Positions 18,034 to 27,596 of a stretch of 64,000 nt of DNA are shown one piece after another. How positions within the stretch are numbered: the stretch's first letter is position 1; each line of letters starts with the position of its first letter. Both the position numbers and the translations under genes were made by a program. Below the pieces are notes generated by a model. That model was not told the origin of the DNA, did no database searches, and was given only the letters and a program-made list of their open reading frames with translations. The DNA is from an uncultured Desulfarculus sp. (GTDB lineage: Bacteria; Desulfobacterota; Desulfarculia; Desulfarculales; Desulfarculaceae), in assembly GCA_963665125.2 (NCBI GenBank), contig CAXXUK010000002.1, positions 800,001 through 864,000 of the forward strand. Reading direction: 5' to 3'.

Positions 18034-19395
18034 TTAGAAAAATTCCAGGCTCACGGTGAGCAGTTTTTCCACCTTGGACAGCACCTTGGTCAGCAGGAAT
18101 ATCACCAGGTGATCGCCGGGCTGGATAACCGTGTCGCCGGTGGGTATCTCCACCTCGCCCTGGCGCACCACGGCGGCCACCAGGGCGCCCTCGGGAATCT
18201 TGACCTTGCTCAGGGGCTTGCCCACCAGGGCCGAGGTGTCCTGGGCCTCCACCTCGATGACCTCGGCACCCTCGTCGCGGATGGAACTGACGGCCAGGAC
18301 CTTGCCCCGACGCAGATAGCGCAGGATGGCCCCCACCGCGGCGAAGCGCGGGCTGACCACCATGTCCAGGCCCAGGGAGCTGACCAGGGGCACGTAGCCC
18401 AGGTGGGCCACCCTGGCCACGGTGCGCCGCGCGCCCATCTTTTTACCCATCAGGGCGATGAGCACGTTGTCTTCCTCGTCATCGGTGACCGCGGCGAAGA
18501 CATCGCTGGCGCCGATGTTTTCTTCCTTCAAGAGGGTGAGGTCGGTGCCGTTGCCGTGGAGGACGATAACGTCTTCGAGGACGTCCACCAACTGCTCACA
18601 GCGTTTTTCGCTCTTTTCGATGATCCTGGTTTTGATATCCCGGTGGATGGCCTGTTCGGCCACATGGCTGCCGATGGCTCCGCCGCCGACCACGACAAGC
18701 TTGCGCACCGGATCGCTTTTGAGGCCGAAATATTCAATGACCTGGTCGATGTCCTCTTCCCTGGCCACCACGTAGGCCGTGTCGTCGGCCCGCATGTGGT
18801 CGTCGCCCCGGGGGATGATCACCGTGCCCTCGCGCTCGATGGCCGCCACCAGAAACAGCGGCCGTCCCGGAACACGGACCTCTTTCAGGGGCGATTTGAG
18901 AATGGAGCTGGTCACCGGCATTTTAAGGCCCAGCAGTTTGACCCGGCCCTCGGCGAAGTCGGTCACAGAAGACGCGGCCGGGACGCTGATGAATTGCAGG
19001 ATCTGGCGGGCCACCTCCCGTTCGGGATTGATCACCATGTCCACGCCGAAGTCCTTGGCGTCGTTATCCTCGAAAAATGCAAGGTATTCCGATGAGCGGA
19101 TACGGGCGACCTTGGTCACGCTGGGGGCCAGGAGATCGGCGAAACGGCAGGCCGTCATGTTCACTTCGTCGGAGTCGGTGACGGCCACCACCAGGTCGAC
19201 GTCATTGACTCCGGCGGTTTTAAGCACGCTGGGGCTCGATCCCTTGCCCACCAGGGTCTGGACGTCCATCTGTTCGTTGACGGCTCTGATCTTGTTGATG
19301 TCCTGGTCGACGAGAACCACGTGGTGGTTTTCCCGGGATAGGCGCATGGCCGTATGATAGCCGACCTCTCCAGCGCCGATGATCAGGATTCTCAC
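18034..19395 (-). CDS. trkA: Trk potassium uptake NAD-binding protein
   Basis: Two RCK_N/RCK_C units (GAGEVG; GGGAIG), about 450 aa, adjacent to trkH. Confidence 0.95.
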   Translation of the reverse strand: MRILIIGAGEVGYHTAMRLSRENHHVVLVDQDINKIRAVNEQMDVQTLVGKGSSPSVLKTAGVNDVDLVVAVTDSDEVNMTACRFADLLAPSVTKVARIRSSEYLAFFEDNDAKDFGVDMVINPEREVARQILQFISVPAASSVTDFAEGRVKLLGLKMPVTSSILKSPLKEVRVPGRPLFLVAAIEREGTVIIPRGDDHMRADDTAYVVAREEDIDQVIEYFGLKSDPVRKLVVVGGGAIGSHVAEQAIHRDIKTRIIEKSEKRCEQLVDVLEDVIVLHGNGTDLTLLKEENIGASDVFAAVTDDEEDNVLIALMGKKMGARRTVARVAHLGYVPLVSSLGLDMVVSPRFAAVGAILRYLRRGKVLAVSSIRDEGAEVIEVEAQDTSALVGKPLSKVKIPEGALVAAVVRQGEVEIPTGDTVIQPGDHLVIFLLTKVLSKVEKLLTVSLEFF

Positions 19396-19476
19396 TGTAA
19401 CCCTCCCGCGACAGTGCTCAGGGCCGCCAAAGTCAACGGCCCCTGGATGTCAGGTTAGCACCAGGACATTGAAGAA

Positions 19477-20631
19477 TCAACGGACCTTGGCCACCAGCCC
19501 GGCCAGGAAGTCGGCGATGCGCCGCTCGAAGACCGGGACGTCAAACAACAGAGCATGATCGGTCAGTGCCTGCTTGTCAAGCTTGTCGCCGTTCAAAAGC
19601 ATGATGGCCTCAAGTAGCGCTTCCACGGTTTGTTCCGTGAAAAAACGCCCGGTCCGGGGCCTGCCGTCGGGGTCGTCGTCACGGCCCACCACCGTCTCCA
19701 GAGCCCCGCCCTTGGCATAGGCGATCACCGGGGTGCCGCTGGCCATGGCCTCCAGGGGCGTGATGCCGAAGTCTTCCTCGCCGCAGAATAAAAAAGCCTT
19801 GGCCCCGGCGTAGAGGCCGGGCAGGGCCTCGTCGGGCTGCCAGCCCAAAAACTCCACCGTGGGTCCGGCCATGGCCCGCAGCGTCGGTTCCTCGGGGCCC
19901 GTGCCGGCCACCTTCAGCGGCAGGTTGGCCTTGGTGCAGGCCTTTACGGCCAGATCAACTTTTTTATACGGGGCCAAGGCGCTGAGCACGAGGTAGTAGC
20001 CGCCTTGGGGCCCGCCGGGGACGAAGCGTCCGGCCTCCACCGGCGGATGGATCACCTGGGCATCGCGGTTGTAGCAGCGCCGGATGCGCCCGGCCACGTG
20101 GGCGCTGTTGGCGATGTATTGATGAACCCGCCCGGCCGTGGCCACGTCCCAGCGTTGCAGCCGGGGCCGCACAAGAGGCATTACTTTTGAGGCCAGGCCG
20201 CCCTGGTCCTTGCCGAAATAGGCGTCGTACATATCCCATATATAGCGCATGGGAGTGTGCATGTAACACACGTGCGTTGCCCCTTCGGGAGCGCGCAGGC
20301 CCTTTATTACGCAGTGGCTGGTGCTAAGCAGCAGATCGCAGTCCGGCACCCGCAGGCCCTCGGCGGCCCTGGGAAACAGCGGCAGATAATGGCGGTAGCG
20401 CTTGGCCGCCATGGGCAGCTTTTGCACGAACGAGGTGCGGATGGGCCGGTCCTCAATGAGCTTCGAAACGCTGCCCTTGATATGCAAAAGCGTCAGCAGC
20501 GGGGCGTCGGGAAACAGGCGGCAAAAACTCTCCAGGACCTTTTCGCCGCCGCGCATGCCCGTAAGCCAGTCATGGGCCAGCACCACCCGCAGGCCTGCTA
20601 GTTCGGGCCGCATTCGGGCGGCGGTGGCCAT
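19477..20631 (-). CDS. Glycosyltransferase family 4 (WbaZ-like)
   Basis: HDWLTGMRGGEKV, HTPMRYIWD, EDFGITPLEAMASG. Confidence 0.92.
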   Translation of the reverse strand: MATAARMRPELAGLRVVLAHDWLTGMRGGEKVLESFCRLFPDAPLLTLLHIKGSVSKLIEDRPIRTSFVQKLPMAAKRYRHYLPLFPRAAEGLRVPDCDLLLSTSHCVIKGLRAPEGATHVCYMHTPMRYIWDMYDAYFGKDQGGLASKVMPLVRPRLQRWDVATAGRVHQYIANSAHVAGRIRRCYNRDAQVIHPPVEAGRFVPGGPQGGYYLVLSALAPYKKVDLAVKACTKANLPLKVAGTGPEEPTLRAMAGPTVEFLGWQPDEALPGLYAGAKAFLFCGEEDFGITPLEAMASGTPVIAYAKGGALETVVGRDDDPDGRPRTGRFFTEQTVEALLEAIMLLNGDKLDKQALTDHALLFDVPVFERRIADFLAGLVAKVR

Positions 20632-20634
20632 GGG

Positions 20635-21714
20635 TCAGGCCGCCTTCAGATGGGTTTTATAGGCCTGCAATGTCGCCTGGGCCGCTTTTTGCCAGGTGAA
20701 CTTGGCGGCCTGATTGGGGCCGTCCTGGCGCAGGCGCGCGGCCGTTTCCGGCTGGGTCAATACATGATTTAGTTCGTTGGCCAGGGCCTCGGGCTCGGGC
20801 GGGCACATCAGGCCGGCGGTGCCCACCACCTCGGGCAGGGACGCGGCGTTGCTGCTCACCAGGGGCGCGCCGCAGGCCAGGGCCTCCAGGGCGGGCAGGC
20901 CGAAGCCTTCATACAGCGAGGGGATGCATACGGCGTCGGCCGCGCCATAAGCAGTCGCCAGGAACTCGTCGTTGATTTCCGGGACAAACCGGACATCCGG
21001 GCCGGGTTTGGCCCCGCGCATCTGGCCCTTGGTCACTCCGGCCAAGACCAGGGGCGGAGCGTCCTTGAGCAGACCGTGGGCCTGGATCAACGCGCCGAGA
21101 TTCTTGTGGGGTTTGGGGTTGCCCACGCCCAGGATGAACCGGGTCGGCAGACCGGCCTTTTGGGCGGCGGCCGCGCGCTGGTCTTCAGGGATGGGCCTGA
21201 ACTGCGGGCCCACACCGTTGGGTGTGACCACGACCTTGTCCCTGGAAACACCCAGCAACTCCACAATGTCGTTTCTGGAGTGCTCGCTCACCGTGAAGAC
21301 GACCCCGGCCTTGCGGGCCGCAGGGGTGACCACGTACTTGTAGTACAGCTTGTGCTTGAGGCCGTAGTCTCCGGGAAAGCGCAAGTGGATAAGGTCGTGG
21401 ATGGTCACGGCCATGGCGCCTTCATAGACCACCGGCGCGCCGTAGAACGGGCAGTGGTAGATGTCGATATCCATGGCCCTCAGCACCGTGGGCAGCTTGA
21501 GTTGGCCGGCGATGCCGTAGGGCGGAAAATTGGCCGCCACGCATACCAGGCGCGGGTCCTTGGGAAAGGCCGCGGCGTGTTCGGGTTTGCGCACGAGCAC
21601 GGCCACGGCCAAGTCCTGGCGCAGATCCATCATGGCCCGCAGCAGCTCCAGGCCGTAGCGGGCCATACCGTGCATGTGGCCTTCATAGATGCGCATGTCA
21701 AAACAGAGCTTCAC
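20635..21714 (-). CDS. Glycosyltransferase family 4 (mannosyltransferase-like)
   Basis: TIHDL, KPHKNL, PSLYEGFGLPALEALACG. Confidence 0.92.
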   Translation of the reverse strand: MKLCFDMRIYEGHMHGMARYGLELLRAMMDLRQDLAVAVLVRKPEHAAAFPKDPRLVCVAANFPPYGIAGQLKLPTVLRAMDIDIYHCPFYGAPVVYEGAMAVTIHDLIHLRFPGDYGLKHKLYYKYVVTPAARKAGVVFTVSEHSRNDIVELLGVSRDKVVVTPNGVGPQFRPIPEDQRAAAAQKAGLPTRFILGVGNPKPHKNLGALIQAHGLLKDAPPLVLAGVTKGQMRGAKPGPDVRFVPEINDEFLATAYGAADAVCIPSLYEGFGLPALEALACGAPLVSSNAASLPEVVGTAGLMCPPEPEALANELNHVLTQPETAARLRQDGPNQAAKFTWQKAAQATLQAYKTHLKAA

Positions 21715-22844
21715 TTGTTCTCCTCGGCGGCCCGTTGGTATACGGCCAGGGTCTGGCGGGCCGCCTCATCCCAGGAAAAGGCGGCGGCGTGTTTGGGCCC
21801 GGCCTGGGCCAGATCATAACGCAGAGCCTCGTCGGCCATCAAGCGGGCCAAACCGGCGGCGATATCGTCGATGTCGAGCGGGTCCACCAATACGGCGTCG
21901 TCGCCCACAACCTCGGGCAGGGCCCCGGCGTTTCCGGCCAACACCGGCGCGCCGCAGGCCAGGGCCTCCAGGGCGGGCAGGCCGAAGCCCTCGTGCAGCG
22001 ACGGAAAGGCGAAGGCCAGGGCCAGGTTCAACAGCACGGGCAGGTCCTCGCCGGGCAGATAACCGGTGAACACCAGGCGCTTGTCCTTGGCCAGGGAGCC
22101 TATATCGGCCAACAGCTTGTCGGCCAGCCAGGCCTTTTGGCCGGTGATGACCAGCTTGCATTGGGGCATGACCTGGTCGGCGGCCTTGAGAAAAGCCGGG
22201 ACCAGCCGGGCCAGGTTTTTGCGGGGCTCGATATTGCCCAAAAACATCACAAAAGGCCCGTCCAAGCCGTAGCGGTAGCGGGCCGATTGCAGGGTGTTTT
22301 CATCGTCGATGGGCCGGAATTCGCCGCGGGCCGCCTCGTGGATCACCGTGACGCGGTCCTGGCCCAGGCCCAGCACTTCGCGCAAATCTTCGGCCGTGGC
22401 CCGGCTGGGGGCGATGAACCGGGCCTTGCCGGCGGCCAGCTTTTGCAGATGCCAGCGCATGTAGGCCGCGTATTTGCCGGGGATGGTTTCTGCTAGGGTG
22501 AACGGCACAAGGTCGTGCACCGTGACCACCGTGGCGGCCTTGGCCTTGTAGGGCACCAGCATGGCCGGGCCGTGGAACACGTCGATATTCCGCTTGTTCA
22601 GGGCCCGGGGCAGGACCAGGTGTTCCCACACGTCGCCCATGGGGTGGCTCTCCTGCACGAACGCGGCGTGGATCATCTCGCCAGCGGGCAGGCTGTCCAG
22701 ACACTTTATATTGTCCAGACGGGCCAGCAGACTGATCTGTTGTTCCGGGGCCACCCGGCCCATTGCCGCCAGCAGGCTCAGCACGTAGTTGCCCACTCCC
22801 GTGCGGCGGGGGGTGACGCTGCGTATGTCCAGGCAGACTTTCAA
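21711..22844 (-). CDS. Glycosyltransferase family 4 (mannosyltransferase-like)
   Basis: TGVGNY, TVHDL, EPRKNL, PSLHEGFGLPALEALACG. Confidence 0.92.
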   Translation of the reverse strand: MKVCLDIRSVTPRRTGVGNYVLSLLAAMGRVAPEQQISLLARLDNIKCLDSLPAGEMIHAAFVQESHPMGDVWEHLVLPRALNKRNIDVFHGPAMLVPYKAKAATVVTVHDLVPFTLAETIPGKYAAYMRWHLQKLAAGKARFIAPSRATAEDLREVLGLGQDRVTVIHEAARGEFRPIDDENTLQSARYRYGLDGPFVMFLGNIEPRKNLARLVPAFLKAADQVMPQCKLVITGQKAWLADKLLADIGSLAKDKRLVFTGYLPGEDLPVLLNLALAFAFPSLHEGFGLPALEALACGAPVLAGNAGALPEVVGDDAVLVDPLDIDDIAAGLARLMADEALRYDLAQAGPKHAAAFSWDEAARQTLAVYQRAAEENK

Positions 22845-22847
22845 AAC

Positions 22848-23819
22848 TTAATCTTTGTCAGCGTCGGGTTCGCTGCGGTTTACCACCTTGAGCACGGTGT
22901 AGATGGGCTTTTGCTGGGTCTCGTAATAGGTGCGCACCTGCAATTCGCCCAACAGGCCCATGGAGATCATCTGGATGCCCACCAGCATCAGCAGCACGGC
23001 CAGGATCAGGCCGGGCTTGCCCCACATGGGCTGACCGAAAAACAGTTTGAGGATGGTGTAATAAAGGGCCAGCAGGAAGCCCAGACCGCCGGAAACCAAG
23101 CCCCACTTGCCGAAGATCTGGATGGGCTTGGTGGAATACGACAGCAGGAACTTCACGGCGATAAGGTCCAACAACACCCTGGGCGTGCGGCCGATTCCGT
23201 ATTTGGTCTTGCCGGCCGTGCGGGGGCGGTGGTTCACCGGCACCTCGATGATCTTGACGCCCATCAGCGAGGCGATGGCCGGGATGAAACGGTGCATTTC
23301 GCCGTAGAGCCGGATGCTTTGCACCACCTCCTTGCGGAAGGCCTTGAGGGTGCAGCCGTAGTCGTGCAGATGCACGTCGGTGATCTTGCTGATCAGGCCG
23401 TTGGCCAGCTTGGAGGGCAGCTTGCGGTTGATGTAGGCGTCCTGGCGGTCATAGCGCCACCCGGCGGCGATGTCGTAGCCCTCGTCCAGCTTGGCGATGA
23501 GCTTGGGTATGTCGTGGGGGTCGTTTTGGCGGTCGCCGTCCATGGTCACTACGATCTCGCCCCGGCTGTAATCGAAGCCCGCGCTCATGGCCGCGGTCTG
23601 GCCGAAATTGCGCCGGAAACGCACCAGCACGGTGCGTGGCTGCTCGGCGGCCAGGCGCTCGAGAATGCCGAAGGTCTCGTCGCTGCTGCCGTCGTCGACA
23701 AAGATGATCTCATAATCCAGACCCATGCCTTGCAGCACGGCGTGCACCTCTTCATGCAGCGGCTCGACGTTTTCCGCCTCGTTGTAGACCGGAACGACCA
23801 CAGATAGGTCCAAGATCAT
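22848..23819 (-). CDS. Glycosyltransferase family 2 (DPM1/ArnC-like polyprenol-phosphate glycosyltransferase)
   Basis: VVPVYNE, DDGSSD, RNFGQTAA, DGDRQNDP, two C-terminal TM helices. Confidence 0.92.
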   Translation of the reverse strand: MILDLSVVVPVYNEAENVEPLHEEVHAVLQGMGLDYEIIFVDDGSSDETFGILERLAAEQPRTVLVRFRRNFGQTAAMSAGFDYSRGEIVVTMDGDRQNDPHDIPKLIAKLDEGYDIAAGWRYDRQDAYINRKLPSKLANGLISKITDVHLHDYGCTLKAFRKEVVQSIRLYGEMHRFIPAIASLMGVKIIEVPVNHRPRTAGKTKYGIGRTPRVLLDLIAVKFLLSYSTKPIQIFGKWGLVSGGLGFLLALYYTILKLFFGQPMWGKPGLILAVLLMLVGIQMISMGLLGELQVRTYYETQQKPIYTVLKVVNRSEPDADKD

Positions 23820-24370
23820 GCCTCCCAATCAAGCCGGGCGATGGCCGCGCGGCGAAAACGGAACCAGGCACCCCAGGCGGCCAGGGGCGCCAAAACCAGC
23901 ACCTCCCAGATGGCGGCCTTGAGGTCGTGCCAAAACACCTGGGCGCTGAGCCCTCGCTTTACGTCGGAGAACACCCAGTAGTCCGTACGGAAATATTCAC
24001 CGCTCAGGGGCCACAACAGCGGCACCCCGTGGGGCGGCAGGGTGTCCAAAGTCAGATAGTCCACCAAGACATGGCTGGCCCAGACCATGAATCCGGCCCA
24101 GCCCCACCACCAGCCCTCGCCGCCGCGCTTGCGGCCCACGGCGGCCATGACCAGGCCGCAGAGCACTGCCGCGCCCAGGGAATGGCTGGCTCCGTGGTGC
24201 CAGGCGGCGATGTCGCCCGTTATCAGGCCGGGGATGAAGTCCAGGTCCGCCGCCATGCCCAGAGCCGCGAACAGCACCAGGTCGGCCTTGGGGCCGATGA
24301 GGTCGTGGCGTCCCGTGGCCAGGCTGCCGGCGGCGATGGCGGCCAGGGCGTGTCCGATGGGCGTGGCCAC
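23816..24370 (-). CDS. Membrane metal-dependent hydrolase (YdjM-like)
   Basis: GH, DLD, HHGASHS, SHVLVD, GVPLLWP motifs. Confidence 0.85.
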   Translation of the reverse strand: MATPIGHALAAIAAGSLATGRHDLIGPKADLVLFAALGMAADLDFIPGLITGDIAAWHHGASHSLGAAVLCGLVMAAVGRKRGGEGWWWGWAGFMVWASHVLVDYLTLDTLPPHGVPLLWPLSGEYFRTDYWVFSDVKRGLSAQVFWHDLKAAIWEVLVLAPLAAWGAWFRFRRAAIARLDWEA

Positions 24371-25555
24371 CTAGCGCGCCCCCATCTGGGCCAGACCGGC
24401 GTTGAAGATGTCTTCGTAGCGGCGGCCTCCGGCCTCCCAGGAAAACTCCTGTTCCACCCGCTTGCGGGCGGCCTCGCCCTTGGCCTTGCAGATTTCGGGG
24501 TCCCTCAGAAGCTCCAGGATGGCCCCGGCCAGGCCCTGGGGCGTCTTGTCCGCCGCGAAGGCCCCGGTGTCGCCCAGGAAACGGCGGTTGTTCTTGTTGT
24601 CGAAACAGGCCACGGGCAGCCCGCCGCCCATGTAGTTGATGATCTTGCCGCTGGCCTCGCCGGCCACGTCTTCCTTGGGGTCCACGGCCACGTCGCCGAT
24701 GCGCAGGTAGTCGGGCAGCTCGAAATAGTCCACCCGGCCCATGAACTTGACGTGGTCGGCCACGCCCAGCTTGTTCACCAGGGCCTGGCTGTGCTCCACC
24801 GGATAACCCACCACCAGGAACAGGGCGTCAGGTACTTCTTTTAGGACATGGGGTATGGCGTTGAAATAGTTGTCCGTGCCCTTGCTGCTCAGTAGCGCGC
24901 CGGTGTAGAGCACAATGGGCCGGGCCGGGTCGAGGCCCAGTTCGGCCTTGAGGTCGCGGTCGGCCTGGCCGTCGAAAAAGCCCATGTGCACGCCATCGAT
25001 GATGGTGTGCACCCGCTGGGCTGGCAGGCCCATGTTTTGCTCCAGGAATATGCCCACGTCGTCGTTGCTGGCCACCGACTGTTCGCAGGCCCGGGTGATG
25101 AGCTTTTCCATCAGCTTGAAGCCGGGCCGCACGAAGGGCACCTTGTCCAGCCAGCCGTAGGAGTCCAACTCCATGGTCAGGCTGCCCTGGACGTCAAAGA
25201 CAACGGGGAGCTTCTTGCGGGTGATGGTCCGGGCGGCCAGACCGATCATGGCTCCTTCATGCAAATGGCCGTGGATCACGTCGGGCTGGAAGCGGTTGAT
25301 GGCCTTGACCGTTTCCACCAGCAGCAGCCAATCCAGATAAAACTTGCCCAGGGCCGGTCCGGCCTCGAGCTTGTTGTACCAGGGCACGTTTTTGATGCGC
25401 ACCGTGGGTACGCCTTCGATGTCCCGGCCGAGGTGATAGGTCACCAGCAGTACTTCGTGGCCCCGGCGTTGCAGGGCCTGGACCTCGCCGAGAATGCGCA
25501 TGTGGCAGCCCCTGTCGGCGAAATAAGGCGTGGGGGCGATTCCCAAAATCTTCAT
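24371..25555 (-). CDS. Glycosyltransferase family 4
   Basis: APTPYFADRGCHMRI N-terminus, GT-B fold, KIINYMGGGLPV. Confidence 0.88.
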   Translation of the reverse strand: MKILGIAPTPYFADRGCHMRILGEVQALQRRGHEVLLVTYHLGRDIEGVPTVRIKNVPWYNKLEAGPALGKFYLDWLLLVETVKAINRFQPDVIHGHLHEGAMIGLAARTITRKKLPVVFDVQGSLTMELDSYGWLDKVPFVRPGFKLMEKLITRACEQSVASNDDVGIFLEQNMGLPAQRVHTIIDGVHMGFFDGQADRDLKAELGLDPARPIVLYTGALLSSKGTDNYFNAIPHVLKEVPDALFLVVGYPVEHSQALVNKLGVADHVKFMGRVDYFELPDYLRIGDVAVDPKEDVAGEASGKIINYMGGGLPVACFDNKNNRRFLGDTGAFAADKTPQGLAGAILELLRDPEICKAKGEAARKRVEQEFSWEAGGRRYEDIFNAGLAQMGAR

Positions 25556-25597
25556 TTATATTCCCTCGGGCACGGGCAGGGACCGCGCCTTGGCATT

Positions 25598-26572
25598 TCA
25601 TGATCCGAACTTGCCAACTATAGACTCTGCAACGAAATTTTTCAAATGTTCCACGGGCGCTCCCAGGATTGTGGGCCGCCGGATGCGGTCGCAGGTCCGG
25701 CACAGCTCGAACCCGCTCAGATCGCCGGTGGCATGGGCCCGGCGCAGGGCCTTGGCTTTATCGCCGTTCCATATTTCCATCAGGCTTTGCTTGCCCGCGT
25801 CGCCAAGAACGAGCTTGCCGAAAAAATCCTGGGGGCAGGGCGTCACCACGCCGCCTGACAAAACGGCCAGTCCGTACCAGGGAAAGGTGCAGACGTTGGG
25901 CTTGGCTTGCCGGGCTTGGCCCATGTCGCCGCCCCAGTTGTGGGGCCTGCGGTGGACGGCCCTATCCAGGCCCAGGGCCTTGAGCCGGTTGATGGCCGCC
26001 TGTTGGCGGGCGTCCGGCCGGGCCTCGCCCATGGTCAGCAGGGTGACGACCGGCCGGGCCTTGCCCAGGGTGCGCCTGGCCCTCAGCAGGCGTTCCAGCC
26101 CGGCCAGGGTGCGGCCCAGGTCCGCGCCTTTGCGGGAGGCGGCATACTCGGCTGCATCCAGGCTGTCGATGGAGCAGGTCAGCAAATCGGGCGCAGCCCA
26201 CAGCAGCCCGGCAACGCGGTCTTGGTCCAGCAGGGTGGCGTTGGTGTGGATGCGCACCAGACGGGCGTTTTGTTTGAACCGTTTGATCCACAGCGGCAAG
26301 CCGGGGTGCAACAGCGGTTCGCCACGGTGGAAGAGGTTGATTTCACAGCCGATATGCTTGGCTTGACTTGCCAGAGAGGTCAGCAGGGCGTTGTCCATGT
26401 CCCGGCGGTCGGCCTCGTCCAGCAGGCGCTGGGGGCAGGCCGTGCAGCGCAGATTGCAGCGGCTGGTGATATCCACCCAAAGCCGCAATGGCCCCCGGGG
26501 CATGGTGTCGCGCCGCGACAAAAAGCCGCCGACGTGCCATAGAGGTCGGATGATTTGGGCCGGGCGGCCTAT
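25598..26572 (-). CDS. Radical SAM protein with SPASM/Twitch domain (start uncertain: ATA 26572, ATG 26596 or ATG 26503)
   Basis: CNLRCTAC, GEPLLHP, TNA motifs; C-terminal CTFPW...PCPQD...CRTC. Confidence 0.85.
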   Translation of the reverse strand: MGRPAQIIRPLWHVGGFLSRRDTMPRGPLRLWVDITSRCNLRCTACPQRLLDEADRRDMDNALLTSLASQAKHIGCEINLFHRGEPLLHPGLPLWIKRFKQNARLVRIHTNATLLDQDRVAGLLWAAPDLLTCSIDSLDAAEYAASRKGADLGRTLAGLERLLRARRTLGKARPVVTLLTMGEARPDARQQAAINRLKALGLDRAVHRRPHNWGGDMGQARQAKPNVCTFPWYGLAVLSGGVVTPCPQDFFGKLVLGDAGKQSLMEIWNGDKAKALRRAHATGDLSGFELCRTCDRIRRPTILGAPVEHLKNFVAESIVGKFGS

Positions 26573-27552
26573 AGGTAGCCCTCCTTGACATACCATTGAT
26601 ACGTGGCGTACAGGCCTTCGTCAATGCCCACCTTGGGCTTGTAGCCCAGATCGCGTTTGGCCTTGGAGATGTCAAAGGCCCGGTTCTGGCGGTACCAGTC
26701 CACCCGGCGGGGAAAGATCGGCGGGGCGATGCCGAAGGGCTTGCAGATCTTTTCGCAGATATGGCCCGCGACAACCACCGGCAGCACCGGATAGTGGGGG
26801 ATCTTCACATCAGTGCCCATGGCCTTGGCCACCCGTTTGACCAGTTCCTCGATGGGGTAATAGTGCTCGTCGGCGATGAGGTAGGCCTGACCCAGGCCCT
26901 TGTCCTCGTCCATGGCCAGCAGGAAGGCGTCCACCAGGTTGTCGATGTACAGCGGATGGTACAGGGTCTTGCCCGAGCCGAACATGGGGAAGGTGCCCTT
27001 CTTGACCCGGCTGTAGATCATCCAGAAACGTTCCGGATCGCCGGGGCCGTAGATGGCTGCGGGCCGCAGGATGGTGATCTTCATGCCCTGGTCCATGAAC
27101 GGACGCAGGGCCAACTCGCCGTTGTACTTGGTCTGCTGGTAATAGTCGGCCGCGTTGATGGGCGCGTCCTCGCCGCCGGGAGGGTTTTCCACGTTGCCGT
27201 GTACGCCGCAGGTGGAGCAGTAGATGAACTTGCGCACGCCGTATTCCTGGGCGATCTTGGCCGTTAGGCGGGTGCCGCCTTCGTTGACCTCGTCGTAGTA
27301 GCTGCGGGGTACGTCCATCTCCCGGAAGGCCGCCGCCAGGTGTTGGACCACCTCCACGCCCTCCATGCATTTGCGCACCACGGCCTCGTCGGTGACCGAG
27401 CCGATGATCACCTCGGCGCCCAGGTCCCGCAGGCCCTGGGGCTTGAGCCCTTCCTTGTTGTCCAGGGCCACCACTTCATGGCCAAGGCTTAATAGCCGTT
27501 CCACCAGGGCCGCACCGGTGAATCCCGTGCCTCCGGTTACCAGGATTTTCAT
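26569..27552 (-). CDS. NAD-dependent epimerase/dehydratase
   Basis: VTGGTGFTG, YQQTK (YxxxK), RPAAIYGPGD. Confidence 0.92.
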   Translation of the reverse strand: MKILVTGGTGFTGAALVERLLSLGHEVVALDNKEGLKPQGLRDLGAEVIIGSVTDEAVVRKCMEGVEVVQHLAAAFREMDVPRSYYDEVNEGGTRLTAKIAQEYGVRKFIYCSTCGVHGNVENPPGGEDAPINAADYYQQTKYNGELALRPFMDQGMKITILRPAAIYGPGDPERFWMIYSRVKKGTFPMFGSGKTLYHPLYIDNLVDAFLLAMDEDKGLGQAYLIADEHYYPIEELVKRVAKAMGTDVKIPHYPVLPVVVAGHICEKICKPFGIAPPIFPRRVDWYRQNRAFDISKAKRDLGYKPKVGIDEGLYATYQWYVKEGYL

Positions 27553-27596
27553 GCCGCTGTCTCCACATGCCCCTCCGCAGACCGGGGGCGCACAAA

